NCBI GenBank assembly: GCA_964634355.1
Contig: CAZWIF010000003.1
Span: 3,871-41,082 of the forward strand
Length of the DNA stretch: 37,212 nucleotides
Direction: 5' to 3'
Origin: an uncultured Clostridium sp.
GTDB lineage: Bacteria > Bacillota > Clostridia > TANB77 > CAG-508
The position numbers and the translations under genes were made by a program. Positions 37,068 through 37,212 of this stretch are shown piece by piece. How positions within the stretch are numbered: the stretch's first letter is position 1; each line of letters begins with the position of its first letter. The notes under the pieces were generated by a model, which worked only from the letters and a program-made list of their open reading frames with translations, did not search any database and was not told the DNA's origin.

Positions 37068-37212
37068 TTTTCTCACTCCTATTTTTATATATTTATTTTG
37101 TATATGTCAATATGTTGATATGTTGTTACAATTCAATGCTATTTTTATTAAGATAAGAGAATTGTAACTATATTTAATATAACTCAATTATATTTAATCA
37201 CAATATAAAAAA

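Noticed and set aside
1-37212. tRNA, rRNA, transposase, integrase or prophage genes
   Set aside because: None recognisable; intergenic regions are short and accounted for by promoters, terminators and small repeats.

Overview
AT-rich (about 28-30% GC by eye) chromosomal segment of a spore-forming, low-GC Clostridia-type Firmicute; almost all genes are on the minus strand. It is mostly housekeeping: HD/dGTPase-like, proS, scpB, glgP, sleB, fhs with a ZMP/ZTP riboswitch, xseAB, nusB, amaP/asp23, secG, rpmB, spoVM, nth, the rlmN-stp-pknB-rsgA-rpe cluster, iscS, glmU, miaB and murD. It also holds a dockerin-bearing autolysin operon, a large pilin-like/InlB-B-repeat surface protein and two families of intergenic palindromic repeats. 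The most striking observation is that the adjacent Ser/Thr phosphatase (stp) and PASTA kinase (pknB) genes are each broken by a single extra base at the same kind of site. The zero-frame codon is CGG followed by A (GGN-C-GGA), and skipping one base restores a conserved Gly-Gly catalytic motif. A manual scan found no in-frame CGG in any other conserved gene, which suggests CGG-triggered +1 recoding (CGGA read as Gly). Sequencing error or pseudogenisation is not excluded. Small genes missed by the ORF track (spoVM, a 49-aa membrane protein, a 43-aa Cys-rich protein) were found by reading the sequence.
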